Of a stretch of 47,156 nt of DNA, positions 1-8,592 are shown piece by piece; positions within the stretch are counted from its first letter, which is position 1, and every line of letters starts with the position of its first letter. The notes under the pieces were generated by a model. That model saw only the letters and a list, made by a program, of their open reading frames with translations, was not told the DNA's origin and ran no database searches. The DNA is from Candidatus Heimdallarchaeota archaeon (GTDB lineage: Archaea; Asgardarchaeota; Wukongarchaeia; Wukongarchaeales; JBHIFL01). The DNA is taken from the NCBI GenBank assembly GCA_046761065.1, contig JBHIFL010000030.1, forward strand, positions 1 to 47,156. Reading direction: 5' to 3'. A program made the position numbers and the translations under genes.

Positions 1-379
1 TGTGGTGGGGGCGGAGCTTCCTTCCCCTCTCGGAGGTGATTTAGTCAACAAGTTCTGTGTATACAGTACTTCTGTGATTCGATTTTTCCGTTCTGGAGTC
101 TAGCGGAAGAATGGGAGGCAAGTCATATAGTAGTTGTTACCGAACTCTCTCGTATAAGTTCTAATCACCTCAAGAGCCGACGAAAACTAACTTTGCTAGC
201 TCGTCAAGACCTAATAAAGCATTCACTTGCTCGATTTCCTGTTGGTGGGCCCAACGATCACTTTAAGGGGTACACCTTCACCGAAGACGAGTATTGGCTC
301 ACTTTGCTGGCGATCTCAGCCCATCAGACCAGCATCGAGGCGGCCCAGCTCTGAACTGGAGTTTCAATGTGTGTGGAGC

Positions 380-770
380 TGGTGAATTCCCTAAAAACAC
401 GGGCAGTGCATGAGAGTTGCAACAGCCGCTTCTTGAGTCGGCCATATCTGAGGCCGCAGTCAGGCCCCCGTAAATAAGAGTCTGTTTCTAAACCGCTCAT
501 ATACGGTCTTAAATCGCGTAACTATAACTGATGGATCCTCAACGACGATGGAAAGGGGGAGTTCTCCTTTTTTTATTCGGTCGCATACATTGGCGATGCC
601 ATTCTCGTGCAGCTCGAGATTCATTGCATCAATGTCTGTCCGGGCTATTCCAATCCGAAGGAAAATTTCATTAGTTTCAAATTCTTTCGTCTCCACCCCC
701 TTTAAATATGTCGGGTTGCCTGCTTATTCACAAGTGAGGACATCGGAAAGGCTCCGCAATAGTAGAATTC
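380..770 (-). pseudogene. Fragment of an archaeal MetE-like (cobalamin-independent methionine synthase catalytic domain) gene
   Basis: ORF 460..696 (FLRIGIARTDID) continues across frameshifts into GPDCGL and WPTQEAAVATL, the C-terminal PDCG(L) motif of MetE-like proteins. Upstream in-frame TAA (DVLTCE*AGNP). Boundaries approximate. Confidence 0.55.
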
Positions 771-836
771 CAAAATATAGTATTAGCAGTACGATACTGC
801 CAGTCACTCCGATTACTATTGGTTTTATCTGACATT

Positions 837-1325
837 TTAATTTCCAGCACCCAGCACCAGTTTTTCCATGCCTCCGCAGCCGTCTTCTTCAAATTGTAAC
901 CCGCACCTCCCAACATAGCACGCATCTCCAGCGTAGCCGTTCTTGTTGGTAAAACTAACCCATCTGGATATAACATCTTTCAACTGATCCGCATTATAAC
1001 CATGCTCTACTATTAAGAAATTCGATAGCCCCCAAATGGTTTTAGAAAGAATGCAAGGACAGCAGCAGGTCAACATGGAATAGTCATCACAGCACGGAGC
1101 AGGTATGGACGACAGGGCATCACTCTTTATTTTCTCCTGTTCCGGCGTTAAAGTTATCGAATCATAGTAGGATATAAATTCAGGCGCTTGCAGCCGAACG
1201 TCATAAAATTTAATGCCACTTTTCTTTGGCGGTTCTATATCTTCTGACGCTACTCCTACGTAATATACAACTAGAGCAACAATAATCAATGCGGCTCCAA
1301 CTGCCAAATATTTTTTTTGTATCAT
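837..1325 (-). CDS. Membrane-anchored Cys-rich protein, putative metal-binding
   Basis: N-terminal hydrophobic helix; 9 Cys (PCC, TCCCPC, CYVGRC, GCGGM); GAGGGA SD-like site; directly downstream of the copA remnant. Confidence 0.75.
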   Translation of the reverse strand: MIQKKYLAVGAALIIVALVVYYVGVASEDIEPPKKSGIKFYDVRLQAPEFISYYDSITLTPEQEKIKSDALSSIPAPCCDDYSMLTCCCPCILSKTIWGLSNFLIVEHGYNADQLKDVISRWVSFTNKNGYAGDACYVGRCGLQFEEDGCGGMEKLVLGAGN

Positions 1326-1341
1326 TTTAATCCCTCAACTT

Positions 1342-2124
1342 TTAGTTCTTCTTTTTCTCTGGAGTAAAGTTTCGTAATCGCAGAGAGGTCGTAACTACAG
1401 ATACCGAGCTAAATACCATTGCCGCTGCAGCAAATACCGGATTTAAGAGTATCCCGAAGAATGGATATAAAACTCCAGCAGCCATGGAGATTAATGATGT
1501 ATTGTAAGAAAAATGCCCAAAAGAGATCTGCTTGATGGTGCGTATGGTTCGCTTGCTCAGTTCGATGGAAGTAACAACGCCTAATAAATCGCCTGCAATC
1601 AAGGTAATATCAGATGCCTCCATCGCCACGTCTGTACCAGTGCCGATGGCTATTCCCACATCCACCTACGCTAAAGCTGGGGCATCGTTTATGTCGTCGC
1701 CCACCATGGCTACAATTTTACTTCATCCTGAAGTTCTTTGACCGCTTTCGCTTTGGCCTCTGGAAGAACTTCAGCTAGGACTCTATCGATGCCAACCTGT
1801 TCTGCTATCGCCTCGGCGGCTTTCCTGTTATCTCCCGTTATCATCACTACTTCCAGCTCTAATTTATGCAATCTTTCGATCGCCTCTTTGGAATTCTCCT
1901 TTAGCGTATCTGCAACCGCAACGATACCGGCTGTAACTCTGTCAATGGCAATGAACATTGGTGTCTTTCCATCTCTGGATAATTCCTCAGCCTTTTTACC
2001 AAGACCCCCGATATCAATCTTCTCGTCCTTCATTAACTTTGGGTTACTCAGTAGGGCAGATTTACCATTAACCGTTGCCCTTACGCCATGTCCGGATATC
2101 ACGGCGAATTCCTTGGGTTTCGGT
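1342..2124 (-). pseudogene. copA: 3' fragment of a Cu(I)-translocating P1B-type ATPase (CopA-like)
   Basis: ORFs 1710..2102 (VADTLK, MITGDN, AEVLP) and 1342..1665 (GTGTDVA, YN, MxxSS) are joined by a frameshift and an in-frame TAG after MVGDDINDAPALA. The N-terminal part is missing. Confidence 0.9.
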
Positions 2125-2382
2125 GTCGTAGTTGGAGTCGGGTATAGCCAGTGCTCTCTGCATTTCTACGGTTCAGGTTGATCCATCGTGATACCCATTA
2201 GATGTAATAACGTTTCGATCGCCGAAGGTTGCTTGGAAACCCATGATATGATATTGTATTCGCTTCGCCTTCATGATATCTTGCGGTGGTGTTGATGAAT
2301 TCATTGTCTGCGATGGAGTGGGGAAGGGAGGCTACCGTTAGTTTCTGGGCGCCCGGTGTGCTCGCAATCGCTAGTCCTTCAC
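2125..2382 (-). pseudogene. Internal fragment of a paralog of the heme-DOMON gene at 8593..9732
   Basis: Aligns by eye with 8830..9083 (e.g. shared gtaataacgtttcgatcgccgaaggttg), with a TGG>TGA stop, a 5-bp duplication and a 1-bp deletion. Confidence 0.9.
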
Positions 2383-2411
2383 GACCAATGGATATAAACA
2401 GCTTTCTCTCA

Positions 2412-2834
2412 TCACTGATGTAGTTGTCCTGTAGTAATGCAATTTGGACTATCCGCAAAGGTACTAAACTGGGTATAACCTTCTAAGGTTGTGTTATTTA
2501 GGTCTACCCACATTTGGATCTGGTAGGATTTCTGTGCAGGTACTGTCACGGTAAAGAACCCATTATTACCCGTAGTGGCTTCGCCTTCTCTATGCACAGA
2601 TCTGTCGCCACTGTCTATGACATATCTAACTACGATGTTAGACAACTCTCCCGTACAACTAGCTGCGTGCTGGTCGCAAGGATGGGTGTTATTAATATAA
2701 GGAGCTATGTAAACTGCTGTTTCACCCTGTAGCTGATCGAATTGCTGAGGACGGAGGCTGTACCTGGTATAGAATACAATTCCTATGCTGAAAAGGCATA
2801 CCACAAACACTATTGCTTTAACCTTTACCTTCAT
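2412..2834 (-). CDS. CueP-family copper-binding protein, membrane-anchored
   Basis: IAPYINNTHPCxxHAASCTGEL, NNGFF and STFADSPNCITTGQL match CueP-family motifs; N-terminal TM; GGAGGT SD before ATG 2834. Confidence 0.75.
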   Translation of the reverse strand: MKVKVKAIVFVVCLFSIGIVFYTRYSLRPQQFDQLQGETAVYIAPYINNTHPCDQHAASCTGELSNIVVRYVIDSGDRSVHREGEATTGNNGFFTVTVPAQKSYQIQMWVDLNNTTLEGYTQFSTFADSPNCITTGQLHQ

Positions 2835-3036
2835 GGTTGTGCTACCTCCTATCACATGACTTACCCGTCTTTACATCCTCACCCACTTCATACATCACTT
2901 TGGTACTACAAAAGAACTGGTTTCCAATTATGGAACAGCCCAAATAAGAACGATAGTGATATGTGGGCTCATGCAATACCTTGTCTTCATTTATCCAGTG
3001 TTTGCTGGTTTAGGTATTATTTGAATGTAAGAATTT

Positions 3037-3528
3037 TCAAATGCAGCTTTTTGATATGCTTCCTTTGTCAGGCCATCCGGAATCCTTTTTCCAATTTGTA
3101 AGCGTTTGCGCAGGAGCTGCAACAGAAAGTCATCTTCTGGCTTCCAATGATTTTGGTGTTCCTCCATTGAACAGATTGCACCCACAATTGGTGCAAATGG
3201 TAAGCCATGGTTTAATGGCTGCTGAAACAAGCGCGGCAAACCTTCGAAATAACTTCTCACAGAGGGTGTTCCCCTCTTCTGTGAGCGTGTATTCTTTCTT
3301 TTCCTTTTTTCCTACCCTCTTTATGTCAAACTTAACGAGTCCACGATCTTGAAGCTTCTGTAAAAAGGGATAAACAAGACTTGGGCTTACATCTTTCCCC
3401 AGTCGTTTCTTAAATTCGTTCAAAATACCATACCCATGTCTTGGGCGTTCATAGAGCAACAAAGAATCTGAAATCGGGAAAAGTCCCCTAAAAAAAGTTT
3501 CTACAGTTAGTTTATTCACTTTTATCAC
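3037..3528 (-). pseudogene. Frameshifted PadR-family regulator with C-terminal TRASH-like Cys motif
   Basis: Paralog of 12508..12969 (LLLYExPRHGY, SPSLVYPFLQ, CxNCG). FLGDFSRFQIL and KMTFCCSSCANAY appear only in shifted frames. Confidence 0.85.
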
Positions 3529-3681
3529 CTCATTGAATTAACGTAAGTCATATGCGTATGCTTTGCAATTTTGATCGGATTTGCGTGATCAGTGGTCTAT
3601 CCTTCAACTTAAGGCAGGCCTAGATAAAAAAAAGAGAGAAATTGAGTGAACCCTGTCAGTTGGTTCGATTCGGTGGTTGTG

Positions 3682-3846
3682 TTATTTTAGAAACTTGTCA
3701 AGGTCTTTGTCAAACGCTTTCTTACATCCAGGTTTACAAAAGAAGTATGTTGTCCCTTGATATTCCGACGTGAACTTCGCAGTCTTCTCAGCGACAGTCA
3801 TTTTACAAACTGGATCTATTGCCGCGTGTTTCGCATTTACTTTCAT
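3682..3846 (-). CDS. YHS-domain small copper-binding protein (54 aa, not in ORF track)
   Basis: Translates as MKVNAKHAAIDPVCKMTV...YQGTTYFFCKPGCKKAFDKDLDKFLK, with the DPVCxM and YxFCxxxC YHS motifs. Confidence 0.9.
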   Translation of the reverse strand: MKVNAKHAAIDPVCKMTVAEKTAKFTSEYQGTTYFFCKPGCKKAFDKDLDKFLK

Positions 3847-3871
3847 ATTTTTGCTTCTCTCATGTTATGAT

Positions 3872-4051
3872 CTAATTTTCCGAGTCTTCTTGGCAGTCCT
3901 CCTCATTGCTCATCATGACACGACTGTCTTCAGACGTCATGTAACTCCCAAGCATAGATGGCTAATAGATCGTTGTCATTACTCCACTAATGAATAATCC
4001 TGCCCCGAGGACGATTGTGAGGGCTATGACCAAAGCATATGGTTTTTTCAT
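3872..4051 (-). pseudogene. Small membrane protein with internal amber stop
   Basis: MKKPYALVIALTIVLGAGLFISGVMTTIY*PSMLGSYMTSEDSRVMMSNEEDC; AGGTGA SD; first gene downstream of the promoter with GATATATC boxes. Confidence 0.5.
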
Positions 4052-4064
4052 ACGATTCACCTAA

Positions 4065-4102
4065 GATATATCGTATAAAGATACGTCTATGAATTATATA
4101 AA
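4065..4102 (-). promoter_or_regulatory. Operator pair GATATATC-N7-GATACGTC plus TATA box
   Basis: Boxes at 4065 and 4080; TTTATATA on the minus strand at 4095-4102. Confidence 0.65.
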
Positions 4103-4264
4103 AACATTTTGATTTCGATATATGGCTTTGCTTATTAGTCTAATAAAAACCACAGTTCAACATTCGGGGCAATCTCAATTATGGTTTTCAAGTAATCTAC
4201 TATTAAAACAAAATAATTCATTTTTCGTACATCTACCCCGATTCTTTATATACTGTCTCTCAAG

Positions 4265-4321
4265 GATATATCATCTAAAAAACATTTATATATCCTCAGA
4301 TCTCTCTATATGAGATATATC
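4265..4321 (+). promoter_or_regulatory. GATATATC boxes flanking the TATA box of the Rieske gene
   Basis: GATATATC 4265, TTTATATA 4285-4292, GATCTCTC-N7-GATATATC 4299-4321. Confidence 0.65.
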
Positions 4322-4364
4322 TTATACAGGCATATTGCAAAATCAATATTGGAGGAGAACGTAG

Positions 4365-4943
4365 ATGAAAAAGATCCGGTCGAGAGAGAATGAGCAACCT
4401 CCAACATCTAATTTCCTTAGGGAAAAACGCTATGCGATTACGAGGAGAATGTTGCTTAAAGCAGGCATTGGAGCATTAGCTCTTACACCCTTTGGCTTCT
4501 CCTTACTGGCGGAGCCTCGCACCCCTCAGGAGTTCAAGATAGGACGGCATGCGATTTCCCCCCTTCCCGAGGAAAAACGAGCCACGTTTTTCATTTACCA
4601 CGCTACCAAAGCCTACGTGGGCGAACCCGCCCAACTCATAAATCTGGGGGATCCCACGATTGGTCTTGATGGCTACATTGCATTTATTGTCCGCTGTACC
4701 CATTATGCGTGCGTTGCCTATTACAAGACACGGGAGGAGATTGAACGACTCCGTATAGGCACTGGGTTCCAATGGCCCGGCTGGACAGACGATCTTCCTG
4801 GTGCAATCTATTGCGCTTGTCATGCAGGTGGATTCTCTCCTCTCGATGGGAGTGTCCTTGGCGGACCTCCCCCCAAACCGATTCCTGAGATCACAATTGA
4901 ATGGGAAGACGACAATATCTACGCGACGGGCATAAAGACTTGA
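4365..4943 (+). CDS. Tat-exported Rieske [2Fe-2S] protein
   Basis: TRRMLLK twin-arginine motif plus hydrophobic helix; box I CTHYAC, box II CACH, GPPPKP loop; GGAGG SD. Confidence 0.9.
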   Translation: MKKIRSRENEQPPTSNFLREKRYAITRRMLLKAGIGALALTPFGFSLLAEPRTPQEFKIGRHAISPLPEEKRATFFIYHATKAYVGEPAQLINLGDPTIGLDGYIAFIVRCTHYACVAYYKTREEIERLRIGTGFQWPGWTDDLPGAIYCACHAGGFSPLDGSVLGGPPPKPIPEITIEWEDDNIYATGIKT

Positions 4944-5020
4944 GAGAGAGGACCAACCAACCAAAAATGCAACACCGCCCTTCGGCAGTATTTAGTTTAG
5001 TTTTTCAAGAGTTCGTTAAC

Positions 5021-5058
5021 AATATATCCCAAAAAGATATATTATTAAAAGATAGTTG
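5021..5058 (+). promoter_or_regulatory. 15-bp-period operator array
   Basis: AATATATC-N7-GATATATT-N7-GATAGTTG upstream of the DUF2933 gene. Confidence 0.6.
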
Positions 5059-5106
5059 TGATACTTGTTAAGATCATCGAAAGAAAACTACTATGGGGAA
5101 CATGAA

Positions 5107-5316
5107 ATGGAATCTCATACGATACCTTCACATCATCCGAGAAGCTCTGAACATGGTTCGAACCGCCATAAATTTTGGATACTTATATGCGGCCTAACAA
5201 TGCTTGCCGTTTTAGCCCTTTTAGTAATTTATCGTCAAGCTAGTTACTTGGTACTGGGGCTATTTCTCCTATGCCCGTTACTGCACCTCCTAACGATGCG
5301 AGACTCTCACCAGTGA
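5107..5316 (+). CDS. DUF2933-like small membrane protein
   Basis: His-rich N-terminus, two TM helices, LLCPLLHLLTM motif; typical partner of the downstream ICMT-like gene in copper clusters. Confidence 0.8.
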   Translation: MESHTIPSHHPRSSEHGSNRHKFWILICGLTMLAVLALLVIYRQASYLVLGLFLLCPLLHLLTMRDSHQ

Positions 5317-5347
5317 ATGTTGAGCGACTGGATGGCAGAGTAGGGAT

Positions 5348-6001
5348 ATGACGATGGAAGACTATGCCTATGGAAATTGGTTCGCAGTAATAATCAGTAT
5401 CGGGCTTTTTTCATTCTTTATTCTAAGCTTTTTTACTCCCTTGAAGCGCCGCGATTGGAGCTCGGCGGGCTTGTATACCGCATTTATCATCGCCTTGTTT
5501 ACAGAGATGTTTGGATTTCCCCTTACGATCTTTCTGTTATCCTCCTTCTTCGGGGCACAACTATCGTTTGGGCACTTAGAAGGCCATCTCTTAGCCACTG
5601 CTATGACACATTTTGGGTTCAAAATAGAAGCAATGTGGTTGTTAGTAATGGTGATAAGTTCTCTGCTAATATTAATCGGGGTTGGCTTGATGGAACGGGG
5701 TTGGCGACGAATTCACATTTCCAATGGGGAACTTGTCACTATGGGGGTTTATGCGTATATCCGCCACCCTCAATATCTTGGGCTTCTGCTCGTCACGGTC
5801 GGATTTCTGGTCCAATGGCCCACCTTGATTACATTAGCAATGTGGCCTTTCCTCGCTTTAATGTACTATCGGCTAGCTCACCAGGAAGAGCGCGAATTGG
5901 AAGCCGCCTTTGGATCGAAATACCGGGTATACAAACAGAGAACTCCGGGCTTTTTCCCACATCTTGACCGCTTCACCTCAAGGAGTGATAAATCCCAGTA
6001 A
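5348..6001 (+). CDS. Isoprenylcysteine carboxylmethyltransferase (ICMT/PEMT) family membrane protein
   Basis: ALFTEMFGFPLTI, GVYAYIRHPQYLG, EERELEAAFG..Y motifs. Confidence 0.9.
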   Translation: MTMEDYAYGNWFAVIISIGLFSFFILSFFTPLKRRDWSSAGLYTAFIIALFTEMFGFPLTIFLLSSFFGAQLSFGHLEGHLLATAMTHFGFKIEAMWLLVMVISSLLILIGVGLMERGWRRIHISNGELVTMGVYAYIRHPQYLGLLLVTVGFLVQWPTLITLAMWPFLALMYYRLAHQEERELEAAFGSKYRVYKQRTPGFFPHLDRFTSRSDKSQ

Positions 6002-6021
6002 TTTTTCGAGGTATTGGAGTT

Positions 6022-6273
6022 ATGGGTCGTTCTATAGAATTTGAGGAAGTAATGAACAGACTGCCACCATCGGCGAGAAAAATCTATCTAATCCTTGCTG
6101 CTGAGGAAAAGGGATTAACAACCAAAGAAGTCTTGAACCGTGTGACCTATGCCAGCCGAACAGTACGATACGCTCTAAAGAGGCTCTTGGCTATGAAACT
6201 TGTCCGAAAACTTCCTTACTTGATGGACATGCGCCAATCTAAATATATGATAAATGAGATATACCTGGAATGA
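6022..6273 (+). CDS. Small archaeal winged-HTH protein
   Basis: LPPSARKIYLIL, RTVRYALKRL, DMRQSKY pattern; GAGGT SD. Confidence 0.8.
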   Translation: MGRSIEFEEVMNRLPPSARKIYLILAAEEKGLTTKEVLNRVTYASRTVRYALKRLLAMKLVRKLPYLMDMRQSKYMINEIYLE

Positions 6274-6329
6274 GGGGAGGGGTGAATTAATTTGGTAATG
6301 AGACAAATCAGTTAAAAAAACAGAACACA

Positions 6330-6969
6330 ACAAAACGCTACATACCAACTTAAACCCGAATTTCCTTAATTTTCTGATGTTTAACTCTAATTTACCACAT
6401 GTTTTCGCATGTTCTAGTGTTAATTAATGCGTCTGCAGTTGTACAATGTCGTGCAATTCGTCGGCGCTTGGCACCGTTTAATGCTTTGTGAGGTAGGTAA
6501 TTGTTGGACTTGAACGATCAATTGTTGATAGAAGGGACTTCAAAATTTCACAGTAGCCTCCTTATAGGCACAATAACAATCAAAAAGTTCCGTTTGGAAT
6601 CCTTCGATGTCTAACATTTCATGTACTAAGTATTTCGGCTTAAGTGGGTCAGAATAATTTGTCGGTTGGGAATCCTCCAATTGGTAGCCCTGAACTTACA
6701 ACCTTGTGTAATTTAAATGTAAAAGTCTTTGTTGTATTCGAATAGTAAAGCAATCAACAGGCGTTCTAGTCCTCCGTCGTCCCTGTGTATAACCGAAGAC
6801 TCCGCCTTATACATTTATAGGTCTAAATTCAGGAGGAAAACCGTTTTTCCATTCCCCGTTATCTCAATAACGAGAATATGATTTCTTTCTTTGAGTAACC
6901 AGGTTGTATCAGTGAATTTTCGGTAGGAATAACGAACTCTTTTCCTTTAGCGGTAAGAACACGTTTCAT
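6330..6969 (-). pseudogene. Degraded P-loop ATPase gene remnant
   Basis: Short broken frames, including RNHILVIEITGNGKTVFLLNL (Walker A-like); many stops and frameshifts; limits uncertain. Confidence 0.4.
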
Positions 6970-7224
6970 AATGATTTAACTTGTTTCATGACTCCTTGCT
7001 GGTCTAAAATCTAAATCTAGGTCTTTTAGTAAGTGGTGAATTCCCAGAACTCAACACCTCGATCTGTTTTGGTTTTTCAGATTCCAAGTTTGAGTATGGT
7101 TAGTTGTTCTCACTTCATTACAGGAACATTCCTCACAGGAACATTGAATCGATTCGATGTTTTCTAGGATAGTAATTTGAAGGTCTGGAAACGCGGTTCT
7201 CAAAATTCTTTGAATGGTATATCA

Positions 7225-8373
7225 CTATGCAGATTGGATAGCTGGCTCTGGTCGTGACTTTGTTTCTGGACTTGTCTTCTGATTGGGGGATGTGTTAGAC
7301 TTCAACCTTGTGGTGAGGAACAGAACTCCGACCACTGCCATTATATGGTACCGGATGAAGAATGTCTGCACGAACATAACTCCGCCGAAGAAGATTAGTA
7401 GTAGTCCCCTGAATTGTTGAGAGTAGAAATCGTCCGGACTGGCGTCGACCTTTCCATGCAAGAGAATGCAACCGGTCAAGTAAAGGCCAAAGGCGAGGAA
7501 ATATGCGGATAGAAGGGTTGCGTTCGCCGGGAATGAGAAGCCCATGACATAAGCAATTAGGAGTGTGAAGATGTCCGCAAAAGTGAGAGTCTCTTCCTCT
7601 CCAACAATCTTCAAGGGTGATAAGACGAGTCCTATTAGCATGGCAGTCACGATCCATGTTCCAAGGAATCCTACCAGTTCTTGCTTGCTTCTCGGAATAC
7701 GCTCCGGGGTGCGACTTTTCACAGCAAAAATGAACACAACAAAGGCCGCGACTAAGAGGAGGTATTGTCCTATTCCGTAGAATTCTTCGCGCAACAGGTT
7801 GCCTATGATGTACTTTGAGGCGATTCGTTGCAGGATACGGTAGTAAAACATCATCAGATAGATAATCAGTATCAAGAAGAGCATCAGGCTGCGGAAGATA
7901 CTACTTCTTTGGCGTCGTGTTCTAATTGGCCTTAGCTCCCCAATGATTGTGTGCAGGAGGATCACCGCAATTATTACCACGGCAGCGAGATCAACAACCA
8001 AAGTTATTATGAGACTAGGTTTTAAAAGCACGGTAGTGCTGAAATACATCAGGATTCCATTCGCTATCAAGAGGAGAAGGAGGAAAGCAACAAATCGCAA
8101 GATTCTGCGGTCTTCCAGCCTTAGGAACACGTAGGCAATGGCAGCAAGAACAATGAACTGGACCGCAAAGAGCATATATGTGGCCAGTTCGCCAATCCCG
8201 ATGAGAAAATTGTAGATCTTTGAGGGATATCCAACTGGGAGTTGCGGTACAATCCGGTAGATCACACGGCTCAGAGAGAACTCGATAACAGCGAATAGCA
8301 GATAGATTCCAAAGTACAGGTCTCTGGCATCTTCATTGAACAAGTCCTCAATCTTGGGCATATCAATCAACAC
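7225..8373 (-). CDS. Polytopic membrane protein (~10 TM), function unknown
   Basis: 382-aa ORF of alternating hydrophobic helices; downstream of the DOMON gene. Confidence 0.8.
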   Translation of the reverse strand: MLIDMPKIEDLFNEDARDLYFGIYLLFAVIEFSLSRVIYRIVPQLPVGYPSKIYNFLIGIGELATYMLFAVQFIVLAAIAYVFLRLEDRRILRFVAFLLLLLIANGILMYFSTTVLLKPSLIITLVVDLAAVVIIAVILLHTIIGELRPIRTRRQRSSIFRSLMLFLILIIYLMMFYYRILQRIASKYIIGNLLREEFYGIGQYLLLVAAFVVFIFAVKSRTPERIPRSKQELVGFLGTWIVTAMLIGLVLSPLKIVGEEETLTFADIFTLLIAYVMGFSFPANATLLSAYFLAFGLYLTGCILLHGKVDASPDDFYSQQFRGLLLIFFGGVMFVQTFFIRYHIMAVVGVLFLTTRLKSNTSPNQKTSPETKSRPEPAIQSA

Positions 8374-8564
8374 TTTTGCATAATAAACAGGGATCGAGAC
8401 TTGATATTTTTTCCTATTCTTAGTGATTGCAGATTAAACCCAGGACACAGTTAGGAGCGGTTTTCCAGTTAGTTCCTCTTCTTCTAGGGACGCTCAAGTG
8501 GGGAGAAGAGGATTGATGTCAGAGACTTGACTTGGCACCAAGAGGTTAGAGAATATAACTTATT

Positions 8565-8590
8565 TCAAAAAAAAGGGAGAAAAAAGAGCT
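8565..8590 (-). terminator. Oligo-T archaeal terminator after the DOMON gene
   Basis: Minus strand reads CTCTTTTTTCTCCCTTTTTTTTGA immediately after the stop codon. Confidence 0.55.
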
Positions 8591-8592
8591 AT

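Noticed and set aside
1-60. Possible IS end or 16S rRNA 3' end (ATCACCTCC on the minus strand)
   Set aside because: Too short and cut by the window edge; no flanking rRNA or transposase sequence.
2125-2382. DGR template/variable repeat pair with 8830..9083
   Set aside because: Mismatches involve all four bases, include many synonymous sites and indels, and are not adenine-specific; no reverse transcriptase in the window.
2198-2458. 86-aa ORF as a real gene
   Set aside because: Chimeric frame that reads from the CueP 3' end into the DOMON fragment.
5377-5967. 196-aa alternative-frame ORF and the other nested/antisense ORFs in the track
   Set aside because: They lie within well-supported genes and show no recognisable motifs.
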